NCBI GenBank assembly: GCA_047495785.1
Contig: JBLDXI010000002.1
Location: forward strand, 558,001-622,000
Direction of reading: 5' to 3'
Source: Lepidodermella squamata
Lineage: Eukaryota; Animalia; Gastrotricha
Length of the DNA stretch: 64,000 nucleotides
The notes beneath the pieces are model-generated. The model did no database searches. It was not told where the DNA came from and was given only the letters and a program-made list of their open reading frames with translations. Positions 26,065 to 39,288 of the stretch are shown here, in pieces. A program made the translations under genes and the position numbers. Positions within the stretch are counted from its first letter, which is position 1. Each line of letters begins with the position of its first letter.

Positions 26065-26851
26065 AATTCCAAAATCGAACTTTAGTAATTGTAATTACCA
26101 TGTTTTCAAGAGCTTAATTTGATGTTTTTTGTTGGTTGATTCCATGCTGATTTGAAAAGTAAAACTGCTTGGAATTCAGAGTTTGATTGGTCTGAAAATA
26201 TCGATTTATAACTTTTGAATCATTTATTGCTCGATACGGATGCACCATATTTTTATTTTAGCTAATGGGCGGATACATTGGGAATGTTGGCGCAAAATCT
26301 TTCTCATATCGGAAAAATCACTGATTTGTAAAATCGATAGATAAGATCGATATCGGCTCTACAGGCTGAAGTTTGACCGATAAAATGACCGTTCATAACG
26401 CAAATTATGCGTAATATTAATATCTATTTGCTGGCATGATAATGAACAGTTCAGGGATCCAGGAAAGACGGGAAACTCGTAAAAACCATATTTTAGGAAA
26501 ATATATTGTAAGAATCCTAAATTAAGTGTGCGCACCTTGCAATTAATTGAATTTTGTTCAAGTCTCTAATAATTGAATCCTAATTATTTGCCGATTTCTT
26601 GCCCGTTTATAATCATTTTCTGTCTGGTAACTCATTATAGCATCAAAATGTCAATCGAAAGTGTTATAAAAACCCATTTTATTTTTAAAATCAGGCGAGT
26701 TCGAACAGTATTCAGGTCATTTTGTAGTTAAATTCGACTCGCCGATCTGAACCGGCTCATCATCACATTAAAATCGGCTTATATAAAACGAGTAGAAAAT
26801 TGGCCCGAGAGAGATGCAAAGATAAATCAAGCAACAAAGCGAAAGTTTTTC

Positions 26852-29075
26852 TCAAGCTTCAACCGGACCAGCGGCGAGCGGCGTTTCGACCGGAGAAATT
26901 TCGTCGATTTTCGCGTTTCCAGACGATTCGATTAAGCTGGCTGTTGTGGTTTCGATGACAACGACTGAAGAACCAGATTCGCCGAAAACTTTCTTATCAA
27001 ACGATTCGACTGTTTCGGCCTTTTCTGTCGTAGTTTCAACATAGGCACTAGTAGTAGCCTGCTCGGTTGTTGTAACAGTGGAGTCCTCGATTTTCTCGGT
27101 GGTGGTCGTAGTAGTCTCGGCAGCATTTTTGCCTTGCGGTACAACATCAGTCGTTTTGAACACCTTGCATTCGCGTTCACACTCCGACTAAAATTATGAA
27201 AAAAATGAAAAAAAATATTAAAGTTTAAACATTTCAATTTCAAATTTTTCAATAATTTTTTTTTGACCTAGATTTCCTCGCAATTTGACCCAATTCTAGC
27301 TTAATAATTCTTATCGGCATTTCTGAATCGGCATCAAATAGGAGGAAAATATTCGATTTTTCCGAAAATTATGAACATACCTTAGACAAAAACATATTCG
27401 CGACATTGGCGCATCCACCGTAGCCGAAAGGCACGCATGACGTCTTCTCGTAATCGTAGTAAAACCTGAAAATTACAGGAAATTTGTTGAGAATAATGAA
27501 TGAGAAGGAGATTGTATCTCACCGAGGAATGTAAGCGCGGCAATCGGCCAAATCTTTCTGGTAATCGTATCGGAAACCGCGGCACTTGCTCGGGCAGTTC
27601 AATTCATCCTCACCGGTGTCATCGCAGTCATAGATGCCGTTGCAACGATCTAAAATGATAGACAACGAACAATAAAACAAACACCAAAAATTATTAAAAA
27701 CAAATTGAAAAAAAATCACTGAGACCTCAAACCTGCAATCAAAAACTCCCAAAAGAAGATAGTGGAAGTGAATTGCCCATTGTATAACAGCTTGTAGTGA
27801 AAATCAGAAAATCACTCAAAAATTCAGAAATCCCAAAATTTAGTGTTTCAGCAGTAAATTTAAAGATTTTTCTGAACGCCACTGGGGTTTTCACGCTATT
27901 GATCCCACTAAAACGCGTAATTTGCGTTATTAGCGATCAGTTTGCCGGTCACACTTCACCCCCAAGAGCCAATATCGATTCCAAGTTACGATTTTTTTAC
28001 AAATCAGTGTTTTTTCCATAATTTGCAGCGAAGGAAGCCAATAATGATAAATGTCTACCAGGCTGACGGTACCAGGCAGCTAAAAAATCCCGGGGTCAGT
28101 ATCGAACAAGAAAAAAATTAGCCGGAATCTCAAGCAATTGGAAAAATATATTCTATGACCGCTCAAATTTTCCGCTATAACCTTTATTTTAAAGCCGCCT
28201 ACATTGCTAACCTCTCCTCCATATCGTCCCATTTTTGCCTAAAATAAAACCTATTGACCTAGAAAACACGCGTTGCCCTATTTGTAGCAATAAAACAGGC
28301 TGGCAAAAATGAGGTCACGGCTGCGCAATTTTACACTGATTGCCAGAACTAAAGCTCGAAAATGCCTAGTCGTCGCTTTGATTTTACTGATTTTGATGGC
28401 TGCCCATCCGCCTTAAAAAAAGTAATATTCAAGTGGACCCTAATCAGAAATTTCATCGTTAACGATTTAAAAAAAAATGTAGTATAAGAAAAATAAATAA
28501 ATGTAGCAATAAAACATGTATCAATGATTGTGATTGTAAGGTTTTCTAAAATATTGAACGCGCCAGCTCTTACCTGATTCCCGGTAGAACTGATGTTCGT
28601 CATTATTGCACGGAATATTAGCCGCCGGCAATTCGCCAGAACCTGAGCCAGATTTCGGCGAGGTGACCTCGCCATTCTCGTCCAGAAAATAGAACACCGT
28701 CGCATCAGTGCCAACAACCGTACCCGGCGCCACCTTCTTCTCCCACTTCGACACCACCTGACCATCGATGACCTGGCCAGTCTTGTTGTCACGTGACTTG
28801 ACCTTGACCGCGTAGTAATCAATCTCGGCGCTGTTTTCGTCCGATTTATCGCCGCTGGCGAATTTCTCACGGCTATTGTCGTCCTCGCGGCTGTTATCTT
28901 CCCGGCTGCGGTCCTTCAGCGACCAGGTTTGCTGCGGCAGTTCTTTCGCGATGTTCGACGACGACGACGCGGCTTGATTATTGGTGATAGGCGAGGCGAT
29001 AGCTAAATGCCAATACGCGGCGATGGCGAACGAGGCCACGAAAATTGACACGTAAATTCGTACTCGGTCTAACAT
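26852..29075 (-). CDS. Secreted LDLa-Kunitz protein, gene C, with an acidic SxE-repeat N-terminus and Thr-rich tail. Exons 29075-28574, 27649-27523, 27465-27381, 27187-26852
   Basis: Signal peptide; IPCNNDEHQFYRES|DRCNGIYDCDDTGEDELNCPSKC...CRAYIPRFYYD..C..FGYGGCANVANMF..ECEREC. Confidence 0.85.
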
Positions 29076-29754
29076 TTCTCGAGAATAATAATGTTTTCAG
29101 TTGTAATTATGTGGGTTTGTCAGCTCGAGAATTTGATAATGTAAGGTTTTCTAAAAAGATTGAACAAAGTAGTAAAATGTGTATCAGATGTTGTCGTTAT
29201 TGAAAACGCGTGTTTGTCTGACAACAGGAGGGCGCGTGGTGCAAAAGTTACAAATTCGCCCCATGAGGCGATTTTCGTATCGAGTGAGCAGATTTGTCAC
29301 AGTCATTCAACAATGATCTACAATCTACACTACGCGATAGCGCGTGCTATGAAGAAACTCAAAACACACCTTACAGCTGTGCAATGTTGTCCACGTCAGC
29401 AATTTTTAGAATCAATTTAGAAAAATTCTAAACAATTTTGTTTGAAAAATTTTTGAATTTTTTTTGGAAAAATTAAGGTCAATACGAAAAGGCGAAATTT
29501 TTCCTACATATTTTTTATTAAATTCTAAGGAATGCCAGGTAACTAGTTTCGGTTTTTAAAGACAAAAGCGGGGTTCCAAAAAACGTAGTCAATATTTTTC
29601 CGCTTGGAGAAGTACGAAGTGCGAAGTGCGAGTGCCCCCAATTGAACGTTGTAGCAATTAGGCCTAATATAACCCTTAATTATAATTGCTTATCATAGTT
29701 TTGCTTGAAAATACAATTTTATAAAAAAAAATGGACTCCTCAAATTCGCCTTCT

Positions 29755-29930
29755 AAAACATGAAATTAGGGTTGGAAAGCTCGAAGACCTAAAAGGTCCC
29801 GAATTTTAGATCGAACGTAAAGAGTAATCTCAGCCTTCTAGTTGAGATATGATTTTAGCCAGTTTTAAAAGCAGAATATTATGATTGACAAATTTCGAGC
29901 ATTACATAACCTGAAGCCGCTGAAGTCCGA
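29755..29930. repeat. Dispersed repeat shared with gene A intron 2 (~2470-2640)
   Basis: ATCTCAGCCTTCTAG..TTTTAAAAG.AGAATATTA..TTACATAACC.GAAGCCGCT in direct orientation, plus an adjacent block in inverted orientation. Confidence 0.55.
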
Positions 29931-30298
29931 ATATAATAAAAACGCGTACTTTTTCAAGTTTGAATATAACGATCCTTAAAATAAGAGTAAATTGTTAGTA
30001 AAATTGTAACAGACTTGGAATGTATTTCCGCACTAGGGGAATCTTTTGCATTTTTTGGAACTTTGGGGGAATGAAACCCCTCCTTTTTTACCTTGCATTC
30101 GGCCTTAGAAAATGTCGTAAAAAATCAACAGAGCGGTAATTGTGAGATTTTTGCAGCTTTTGTTTATTAAACGGATTGATTTAATTCGAAAAAATTGTTG
30201 AAGGAAAACGCAAAGGTGTGGACAACATTGAACTGCTGCAAGGTAATGATATTTTTGCGGATTTTTGAAGAAAAACAAAGATGAAATTTGCGATTTTT

Positions 30299-31436
30299 TC
30301 AATTGGCATTCGACCGGCGGCATTCACGTTGACACTCGGCTTTGTCCAGAAAAATGTTGACCAATTTAGTACAGCCGTCGTAGATGAACGAGACACATTC
30401 AGCCCGATGATTGTCGAAATACACCCTGAAATATATTTCTTTCAAATTTAATTACGATTATTGCATTTTTAATAGGTAATTAACTATCAAGTATATAATA
30501 ATAAAAATTTAATATACAGCGTGTCCCATGAGCAACGCAAGCAAAGAAAATACACGGAAAAGGGTACAGAAATTCCAAAATGAGAGAGGAAGTCACATCT
30601 CAAGGCCAGAAAATGTTTAGAAAAATTCAAAAAATCACGATAATAGATAGAAGTATGTCACTTGGTAATGGAATTAAAAAAATCTAGAGAAATTTGCTCC
30701 GACCGGGTAAAATACCTTAAATTACCGAACCAGTTAAATTACCATCGGGGTTTTCCGGGTTTTCTCCGGTAAATTTTTGGTTTTTTTCGGTTTAATCGCG
30801 AATAAAAGATGGAATATTCTCTCTGTAGGTTGAATTAACAAGAAAATAGTTGAATTTTATACGATATTTTCTACGCAACTTCTGGGAAAAATTTTCCAAA
30901 GTTTCACCTTGCTATTTCGGCTTTGCAATGAACCACATCGGTAAAATTGTAAATCGGCCCGAGGCACTTGCTAGGGCAGTTCATTTCATCATCAGCCATG
31001 TTGTTACCAGTTCCACACGTGTACTTGCCATCACACCGATCTGGAAATTATTATTACAATTAAAATTCAGAAAAAATCAGGATTTTTTCGAACCCGTCCC
31101 GCAGAAAAATGAGGTTTTGCGAGACCCGGTCACGCATGGCTGAGTGCACGGTGGCGGCGTCGGCTGGGTAATATCAACATTCCAGTCTTCCTCGCTGATA
31201 ACCTGACCAGCTGGTTGATCTTGCTCGGGGTTATCACTTATCAAGAAGTCTTCTTCCTCATCCGATTTTTCGGCATCACGTTCGTCTAGATGTCCGATCT
31301 GCCTGAATGATTTAGCTTCGAAAATCACCATTTCGGCGTAATTCGCGTTATTCCTGAATTTTTCTGCCGGATATGACCAGCCCGAAACCAGTATTAAGGC
31401 CGATATGCCGATAAGAACCGCGAGAAAACTTGGCAT
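30299..31436 (-). CDS. Secreted LDLa-Kunitz protein, gene D. Exons 31436-31094, 31040-30908, 30425-30299
   Basis: Signal peptide MPSFLAVLIGISALILVSG and an acidic region. CTQPC..FFCGT|DRCDGKYTC..DDEMNCPSKC..CKAEIARVYFD..C..FIYDGC..VNIF..ECQREC. The exon 1 donor (gttcga) is weak. Confidence 0.75.
30517..30860. mobile_element. R1 mariner-like repeat in an intron of gene D
   Basis: Starts TA|CAGCGTGTCCCA; colinear with 3438-3760. Confidence 0.7.
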
Positions 31437-32974
31437 ACTTTTTTAAATGTTATATTAGCGAATTAGCGTTTTGATAATTAAAAAGCTGCAAAAATTATTC
31501 GGAAATTTCTGAACTTCGAGTAAACCGCCTGCTGGTGTTATTTAAACAGGTGAGATTCATAGCACCATATGCGTCATTTTCGAAAATAAGGACGACCTCA
31601 GATTACTGATACTGCTTAGCCAGATTTCGAGTGAATACGAAAGTAATATTAATTGATGCATTTATATGTACCGCAACAGGCAACTGGTCCTAACTTTGGA
31701 CAACGATCTCATGTTTTCTAAATTTGGTACCGCTGGACAGCCCAAGAGGCGAGCTTTTTGCGATATTCGGGGTAAAAGCTCAAAGTGTCCAAATTTAGGG
31801 TGACCTAATTTTGGGCCCATTACGGTGCCCTAAAATTCTGTACGAAAAATTAAAAAATATAATTTTTCGAATTGATTTCTTAAAATAAATAGCAAGAGCT
31901 TCCTGTCTGTAGAAGTTCAAGTTGCTTGGAAAAGCGCTTATTTTAATAAGGTTCCTCCCTGTACCGGAACCAAATTTACAGTAGCGGTACCAAATATGCT
32001 GTAACGGAACCAAATTTCGGATTTTTTTGGTTGCCTGATTTTATTTTTCGGATATTTCTTGCGGGTCAAGATTGACCACAATAATTCTAAAAAAATCAAC
32101 AGTAAATTCAGCGTAACATTCTCTACATTCTCTTCTGGAATTTGCAGAATATAGCCATATACTCACGTATGAGTAGCCTCAAATTTGCAGGATATCGCCG
32201 TATACTCATATGTAAGTATGCGGGTGTGTTGCTTTTTTGCGATTTTTTTGCGCGAGACCTGTGCTTCTAAAATATCTGTTGATGCTTCACCAAGACCAAG
32301 TAACACCCGTAAAACTCAAATCTGAAGTCAAAATCACCTTATACTCATTCCTTCCTGAAGAAATAACTGATTATCGATTATCGATCATCGATTATCTATC
32401 GATTATTGATTTCTATAATTAGCTAATTTTTTAATTTCGCCTCCATGAGATGCGCAATGTTTCAAAATATTTTTCCAGTATATCAGCTTATTTTTAGAGA
32501 TCACGCTTTCCAAGGGAAAAAAATCCAAAAAATCTCTGGTGGTGTCTTTTCAACAGAAAAACCTTAAAACCACATGATTGCTGCACAATTCGGTTTCGTA
32601 ATGTTTCCAAGCTAGCCCTAAATACTCGTAGGTGAGTAGAGCAAGCGCGAAGCCTGAATGAATTTCCACGCTAATGAACGTTTTCTTTGAGAGCGGCTTC
32701 CTATCTATACTTTTGGGTTTAATTACAGCAATCATGAACTAATCGAATTCGAAAAAAGAAATTCAGAATTCAGAAATTTCGGACTCGAAGACACTTTCAT
32801 CAGCATACTAAAAATCCCATAAAATTATAAAAAGCGCACTTTATTCTGACGTATGACAATTAAGCAAAATTTAACAAGCAGGATCGCATATGAAATAAAA
32901 AACTGACCAATTATAAAAAAGCGAGCAACAAAATGTAATATCAGGAAATTAGTCTTATTTCGGCCAAAACAGCA

Positions 32975-33379
32975 TCAATCAGCCCTGTTGGTGTCATTGT
33001 TTTCAGATTCCACTTGATCGCCTTCGCAACCGTAATCTTCGGGTGTTGTAGTTGTTAGTTCTGTGGCGACCGTAGATTCCGTGAAATTAGCCGGCGTTGA
33101 GGTGACCGTTGTAGTAAAAGACTTGCCTCGTGCAGTAGATGATGGCGAATCGATTATTTCACCGCTGCTGTTTTCTCGCGACTCGCCGCTGTCATCGCCT
33201 TCACCGCTGGTGTCTTTTCGTGGCGATATTTCAGACGGCAAGGCATTCTTGTTGTTGTTTAAAACCGATTCCTCAAGTTGATTATTGGCGAGTGGCGATG
33301 CGCTGGCCGCGTGCCAATAAGCGGCGATAGCGATCGAAGCCACGACAATCGAAACGGTAATTCCGGTTCGGTTCGACAT
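32975..33379 (-). CDS. Secreted acidic Ser/Thr-rich protein; stand-alone paralog of gene C exon 1
   Basis: Signal peptide homologous to gene C (VASIAIAAYWH.A.ASP..NNQ). DTSGE/DDSGESRENSSGE repeats. AATAAA at ~32840. No LDLa-Kunitz exons follow. Confidence 0.7.
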   Translation of the reverse strand: MSNRTGITVSIVVASIAIAAYWHAASASPLANNQLEESVLNNNKNALPSEISPRKDTSGEGDDSGESRENSSGEIIDSPSSTARGKSFTTTVTSTPANFTESTVATELTTTTPEDYGCEGDQVESENNDTNRAD

Positions 33380-34539
33380 TTCTCAAATAGGTAGCTTGTA
33401 TGAATGATGATGTGTTTTATCTACCTGTTAACAGTTTTGAGTGCGAATTAGGACTTCTTCACGACTTAAAAAGGACTGGTAACATGCCAGATGTTGTACT
33501 ACAGCACGTGGCTCCAGAAAGTTGTACCCTATAGTTGAACCTGAAGCTCGAGCAAAGCGCTTTCCGTTACGTATTCCGCACCACCTGTTCATCGTCTGGC
33601 TCTACAGATGACTGTCCCAAGCGTCATGAAATGCGAGAAAATGCCAGACTGGCGACACCTGTATTTGCTGAAAATAGAGATCGCTTCAGAAGCCATATTC
33701 TCAAAAAAAGTTTCATACCGTGAGGTGAGGTAGTTTTAGACAAAACCATTTTTTTCGAGGATTAAAAATTAGTCTTAATTAGAAGATTGATGACGTTCAG
33801 TACAACTGTGTGTGAGGTGATTGCCGAGTTATCGGTAAACTTTGGTGATTTTGCCTGATTTTTGGCGATCCTAAAATACTGCTATCACGGTACAACAAAT
33901 TTCCGGTACTCTTAGTGATCGCGTGAAATTTCCAAAACAAAAAAGGGTATCGGAGATTTTGAACCTGGTGGCAAAATGACGGAATTCCGTCGTTTGCGCG
34001 AAAACTAGCCATGTCCATACCTGCCCGGAAACGACTTTTGGCAGATTCGTAATCTACTTATTGCGCTCCTCAATAGCTAGGAAAATCGGTTTCGAAAGGC
34101 ATCAAAGCAGGAATCAAAACAGCTACGTCAACAAGGGTCGTCGTTTTATGAGGTCATTTTCTCCGACGGGCTGTGTCCACACAGAAATGAATGCATCTTA
34201 AAAATGAAGGTAAATTGCGGGCGTAACACACAATATTAGGTTTTTTGGAGGTACTTTAACATGTTTCAGACACTGCTAAATGAGGTATGCGTGGCTCGTA
34301 CCGCAGCTGTGTACTGTAATGTACCTGCGAGTAAGGCCTTGACGGGCCTCACGGCTCTCAGCTTGTTGAAGGAGAGCAACACAACTTACTAAAGCGCGGG
34401 TTCAGCTGGAACATGAACGATATCAAGTAGCCTTATTCATTCATGATCAACCTTCAGTTCACGCATCTCACAAATTGCTACTTTCGCTCATCAAATCGGT
34501 CGAATCGCGACGCCGGTTTCAGCCTCTTGAATTCGGTTC

Positions 34540-34798
34540 TTAGGTCTTCACGTTCACAAGGGTGGGCTAGGTTGCCGCTCTGGCATTGCAATTATTCCAG
34601 AGATTGCAGTCACTAATTGTAAAACGATATCTTCCTGTCGTAACCTCACAGGTCGTCCAGACAAATGCTCTGCAATGTTAGTTCCTCATGCACTTTTGGT
34701 TGCACACGCTTTCCGTAGGGGAAAAGTGGTCGACGAACGGAGCGATGAAACAGTGGCCATTGTCAGGCATTAGTTTGAAGCCTGGGTAGCCCTCTGCG
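34540..34798 (-). pseudogene. PAN/Apple pseudogene, inverted duplicate of the 35275 gene
   Basis: AEGYPGFKLMPDNGHC..CNQKCMRN*HCRAFVWT..DCNLWNNCN..T*. In-frame stops at 34678-34680 and 34567-34569. Signal-peptide exon absent; homologous 3'UTR present. Confidence 0.85.
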
Positions 34799-35274
34799 GA
34801 TGACATGACTTTAGCTGAAATTTTTAGCTGTAACCCTTATTATTATTAAAAATTATTATTATCATTATGATCGGTTTATTATGAATGCCTGGATCCGTGA
34901 TAACAACAGCGCGCTAGTACTAACATATAATTCCCGTGGAACTCAGACAGCTGAAGCAACGGTGAGAGCGGATAGGTTCTTTCGCTTCAGCAAGCAGTTG
35001 CGTCATTTCGTGGTTGAAAAGTGAGCAGGAAATTCACCAGGGCACCCTAATGCTGTTCTTAACGGACCTAGGCAGTGGGAGTAAACCGATCATTTTAATA
35101 ATAATGACATTTAATGGTAATAATTTAATAAAAATAAGGGTGACAGCTGAAAAGTTGGCGAAACGCCCAGCCTGAAATGATCGTTGGGAGCGGGTAAGTT
35201 CGTGTCGGTTCATTATTTCAATTTTCTCTCTTGTTTAAAACATTATTTTCTCTTTCTTCAATTTTTGTCTTGAC

Positions 35275-35658
35275 ATGGCATCTAAGATCCTTCTCGTCGT
35301 CCTCGTCGCCATTTCTTGCATCGCAATGACAGGTAAGTAACTTCACTTTATCCAAACTTCTGCGCCAACAAGTCATGCTAATTTCGTATCTTATCGTTCA
35401 GCGGGTTACTCCGGGTTCAAGCTAATGCCTAGCAATGGCCACTGCTCTATCGCTCCGTACACCTTCAAGAACATTTTCCGAACGGAAAGCCTGTGCGCCG
35501 ATAGGTGCGCAAAGGACAGCAAGTGCAGTGCATTTGGCTGGACGACCTATATGGAACAGGCAGGAAGAGTTCGTTCTACAAAGACTGACTGCAATATCTG
35601 GTTTAATTGCAATGTCAGAAGGGCAAGCCACCCCTACCCTGTGTACGTAAGGGCTTAA
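35275..35658 (+). CDS. Small secreted PAN/Apple-domain protein. Exons 35275-35332, 35402-35658
   Basis: Signal peptide MASKILLVVLVAISCIAMT; ESLCADRCAKDSKCSAFGW..CNIW. Upstream region and 3'UTR are homologous to the 12668 gene. Confidence 0.8.
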
Positions 35659-36934
35659 TAGCTGTCTTCAAGAGGCTGAAACCGGCGTCGAGATTCGACC
35701 GATTTGATGAGCGAAAGTAGTAGCGTGTGAGATGAGTGAAGTTATGGTCGATCATGAATAAACAAAGCTACTTGATATTGTTCATTTTTCAGCTTAACTT
35801 CTATACAATATTTGGAAGCTTTGTAGCGGAATATTCGCCTGAATGCCAGCAATGAAAACCTTGGGCGCAGCCGAAGGTCGTAATAGCTGCCTGAATCCGT
35901 GTAAAAGCTTCCAGATATAGTTGTTGTCCGGATTCCCAACTAGCATCCTGAATCCTGAAACGCCAAATTTTCGTTATTACAATACATATACCATCTCAGT
36001 CGAATTCAGCTGCAATGCTGAATATCTCAAGCCTACTTCAAGCCCGAATATCTCGAGTTATACCCAAAAGCCACCTGCGAGACATATGCCATCTTCTCTT
36101 GGTGTGATCTATTTGCACAAATTACGAATCATCACCATAATGAAATGCAGCGATGATTCATAACTATTAGCTGTTGTTCGCACTAAACTGATAGAGTAAA
36201 TCCCAAACCTTCATTCGTGTAAAGAGCAGCCAAAGCCCTGAATTTCTTTGGAGATACTTCAAAGTTTTGCTAGATGGAAAATTGGATTGATTTCTCATCT
36301 CATCAATATCTCATAGTTTCTAATGTTACGTTCACAAACTGCTTCGGAGACGAGTCCGAAGTTTTAGCCTCCGAAGTTTCGTAATCGCTGAACGAAGTTT
36401 GAGATTTTCGTTCACAAACGCGCACTTCGGACTGCGCGCCCGAAGTGAGAACAATGGGCTGCGAGCACGCACTGAACAATGGACGCGCACAAACTTCGGT
36501 TCGGAGAGCCCCACTACTACGTACGCACGCGCGCGCGTCCACTTGACCGCGCGAGGTAGGGCGACGACATAAATTAACTGTTCCTGTGGCATCTTTAATG
36601 CGTATTATTGACTAATAATTGACGAAAATGACGTAAATTTCAAGTATATGAAACACGCGCAGTAAAATCCTTGTTTTCACAAAAAAATTCCCAATATAGA
36701 AATTATCGGGTGCTTTAAAAAATAGCTTATAGCGCGCGTTGAAAAAAAATCAATTTAATTTTTTATTTATTCTTAAAAATGGTAACTTTCGCGTCGAAAT
36801 TTAGCTTTTTGTTATCGTCATCGCATTTTGCATCTTATTATTTAGGAATTTTGAGAATTCAAGTGAAATTAAAAAAATTTAAAAAAATGTTAGATCACCA
36901 AAACCAAGTTTATATCACCAAACGTTAAAATGGC

Positions 36935-37163
36935 TAAGTTTGCAACACCAAATCGCAAATGTTGTTCACTTCGATCGATTAATCGTGCATTTGAGCACTG
37001 AACGAAGTCGAAATGAAAAACTGACAAGTACCAGGCGAAAAAAACAATCACGCTATTGGGAAACAGTTTTCTCTATTTTGGCCGGTCAGTTCAAGATGCT
37101 CTTGTGTAGTGCAGGTGACTCAAACAGAAAATAGTAAAAATGGCGATTTGGTGTTGCATACTT
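36935..37163. mobile_element. MITE-like element
   Basis: TIR AAGTTTGCAACACCAAATCGC / GCGATTTGGTGTTGCATACTT. Confidence 0.55.
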
Positions 37164-37952
37164 TAAGTCAACTTATGCCGGGCCGTAACAGGCGTTATCT
37201 GGATTGGATGATATTATATTAGAGTGTTATCGATTGACGTAGATGGATATTGGTCCTTCATAGCTTGCTTTTCCAGCCTTCGCCTCTATCCTTTATATTC
37301 ATCGTGATATTTACAATGTAACAACCCGAAATCGAAGTAACGCCTGGAAATTACTGCTGTAACCTCAGTTTTAGTAGCTTTCGAATCCTTTTCTAGTGGA
37401 AAATCCTCAAAATTTCCTCGCTTCGCTCGTATTATTGGTAAAAATTACATGCAATTTTCACCAATGCAGCACAAAAATTTCACTTTCGAGAGAGGTATAA
37501 CTACCAAAAAATCATTTGTAACAACCAATCGCTTGCTTAAAAAATACCCTGCTGTTACGGAATATACGGTAAATTTATCACGATTGCCAAAAAGTGACTT
37601 CCGACAGGTAAGAAATGTGATCTTACACGTAACAGCATTATTCGCATCAATCACCATCACGGATCGGAAACTCACGAATGTCAAATGCAATCTAGCGTGA
37701 AACTGCAAATTTGGAAACCCCCATTAAAAGCTGGCGTTATCGGAAGACTACGATGGACTTTTAAGCACGCACGTAACGATTAATTTTACATTTTAAACAA
37801 AATCACGGCATAAATTTTTAATAATTTTGTCTTATTCTAGTCATCCAGGATAACGAAACCTTTCGGGCATGACAGGTGCAGATAAATCGATAAGTCAGAC
37901 AGACTATTCGCCGTGTCTTAATTCCCTCATTCCTTAACCTTTCGTCCGATTT

Positions 37953-39288
37953 ATGAAAAGAGCCATGGACAATGCAGTAGTCGATTCAGGAAACAAGTTC
38001 AAATGCCCGGTTTGTATGGTTTCTATCATCGATCCCGAAATATCGGGTTTTCACACCCTGTTATTCTCAGGTATGCCAGGCCGCTACCGATGGCAAGAAA
38101 AGGTGTGGCGCCTTGGTATGTGAGGCATGCAAAAGATTCTTTCTAAGGCAGCGAGCTTTCACCGATAGTATTCGCCACACCTATTGCAACGAATCACGGG
38201 CTAATGTTAGCAAAACCGGTGCAAATATACGTAACACCTGCAAAAAATGTCGATTCGACTTGTGCGTCGAGGTTGGAATGCACCAGCAGGACCGGAAAGA
38301 ACGAAAATTAGCGAAACTCAAGGCGGCTAAGCTGTCGGAAGCTCCTCCTGTTAGCCAAATTCCATTGGCAGAGCCAGCGAGGCTTGAGGCGATTCAGAAT
38401 ATTTTAGTCACCCGAGCTATCCATCTGAGGCACCAAATCAACACCCAGCCATACAGAAGGCGCGATTCCCCTATGGTTTTCGACATTGATATGGATACTG
38501 CTCTAATGTGGACACTGAGTATGGAACATATTGCTGCTGTCGCTGTTATCCAGCGAGAATTTCTCAGCAGTTTGCCCGGGTTCAAAGACCTCACCGTGTC
38601 GGATCGATGCAAGTTATTCTCAAATTCCTACTCCAAAATCTCGGTGGTAAACTCGTGTTGCGAGGGCGAGGAACTTGCATCCGGATTCAGTGGTTCTAAA
38701 GTAAACTGTCGGGTCTATACCATAAAGTTACCGGAAGTTTCGGTGAGTCAGAATGAAACGGAGGAAATTCGTTTAATTGTGTATTTTATAGTACGCTCTT
38801 TTGGAGGCGAATCACCTCGGCCGAGTATTCGATGCTTGGAGGCCGTCAGACATTGAACTCGCAGTTTTAATGGCTTTGCTGTTTCTAACTGGTAATTACA
38901 GATATCAGCATTTTCAATTTTCTTAACCCCTTTCAATCGAATCCTTCAAGGCCTACCTGCAGAAGCTCTGGAAAATCCGTCCGCTAGAGATAAGGCTGTG
39001 AAGCACATTAAAAATCTTCATTGCTGCGTGACCGGTGGCAGCGAAGAACGAAAAGCTTGGCTATGTTACACCATGGAGCAATTCGCTGAGGTCGGGACCC
39101 GGCGATCAATGGCTTTTCAAAAAGTACTACAGCGATGTCCGGAATTCATACCGTCGAGTCGAATTCTCGTTGAAATGGTTGATACCGTTCTGAGGGGATC
39201 CCTACCTACAGACGTTGATAAAAACGCCGGCGCTACTGATGAAGATTCTATATTTACCTGGGACTCGCTGGGATGTGAGATGTCATAA
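37953..39288 (+). CDS. Divergent nuclear hormone receptor (~388 aa). Exons 37953-38009, 38071-38742, 38792-38891, 38951-39288
   Basis: C4 DNA-binding domain CP|VC..CGALVCEACKRFFLR..RNTCKKCRFDLCVEVGM. LBD signature FLSSLPGFKDLTVSDRCKLF, helix DIELAVLMALLFL, and AF-2-like ILVEMV. Confidence 0.85.

Noticed and set aside
36303-36592. ORFs within repeats (also 3559-3816, 57907-58216, 58682-59132, 39896-40099)
   Set aside because: They lie in R1/R2/R3 or other non-coding repeats and have no protein motifs.
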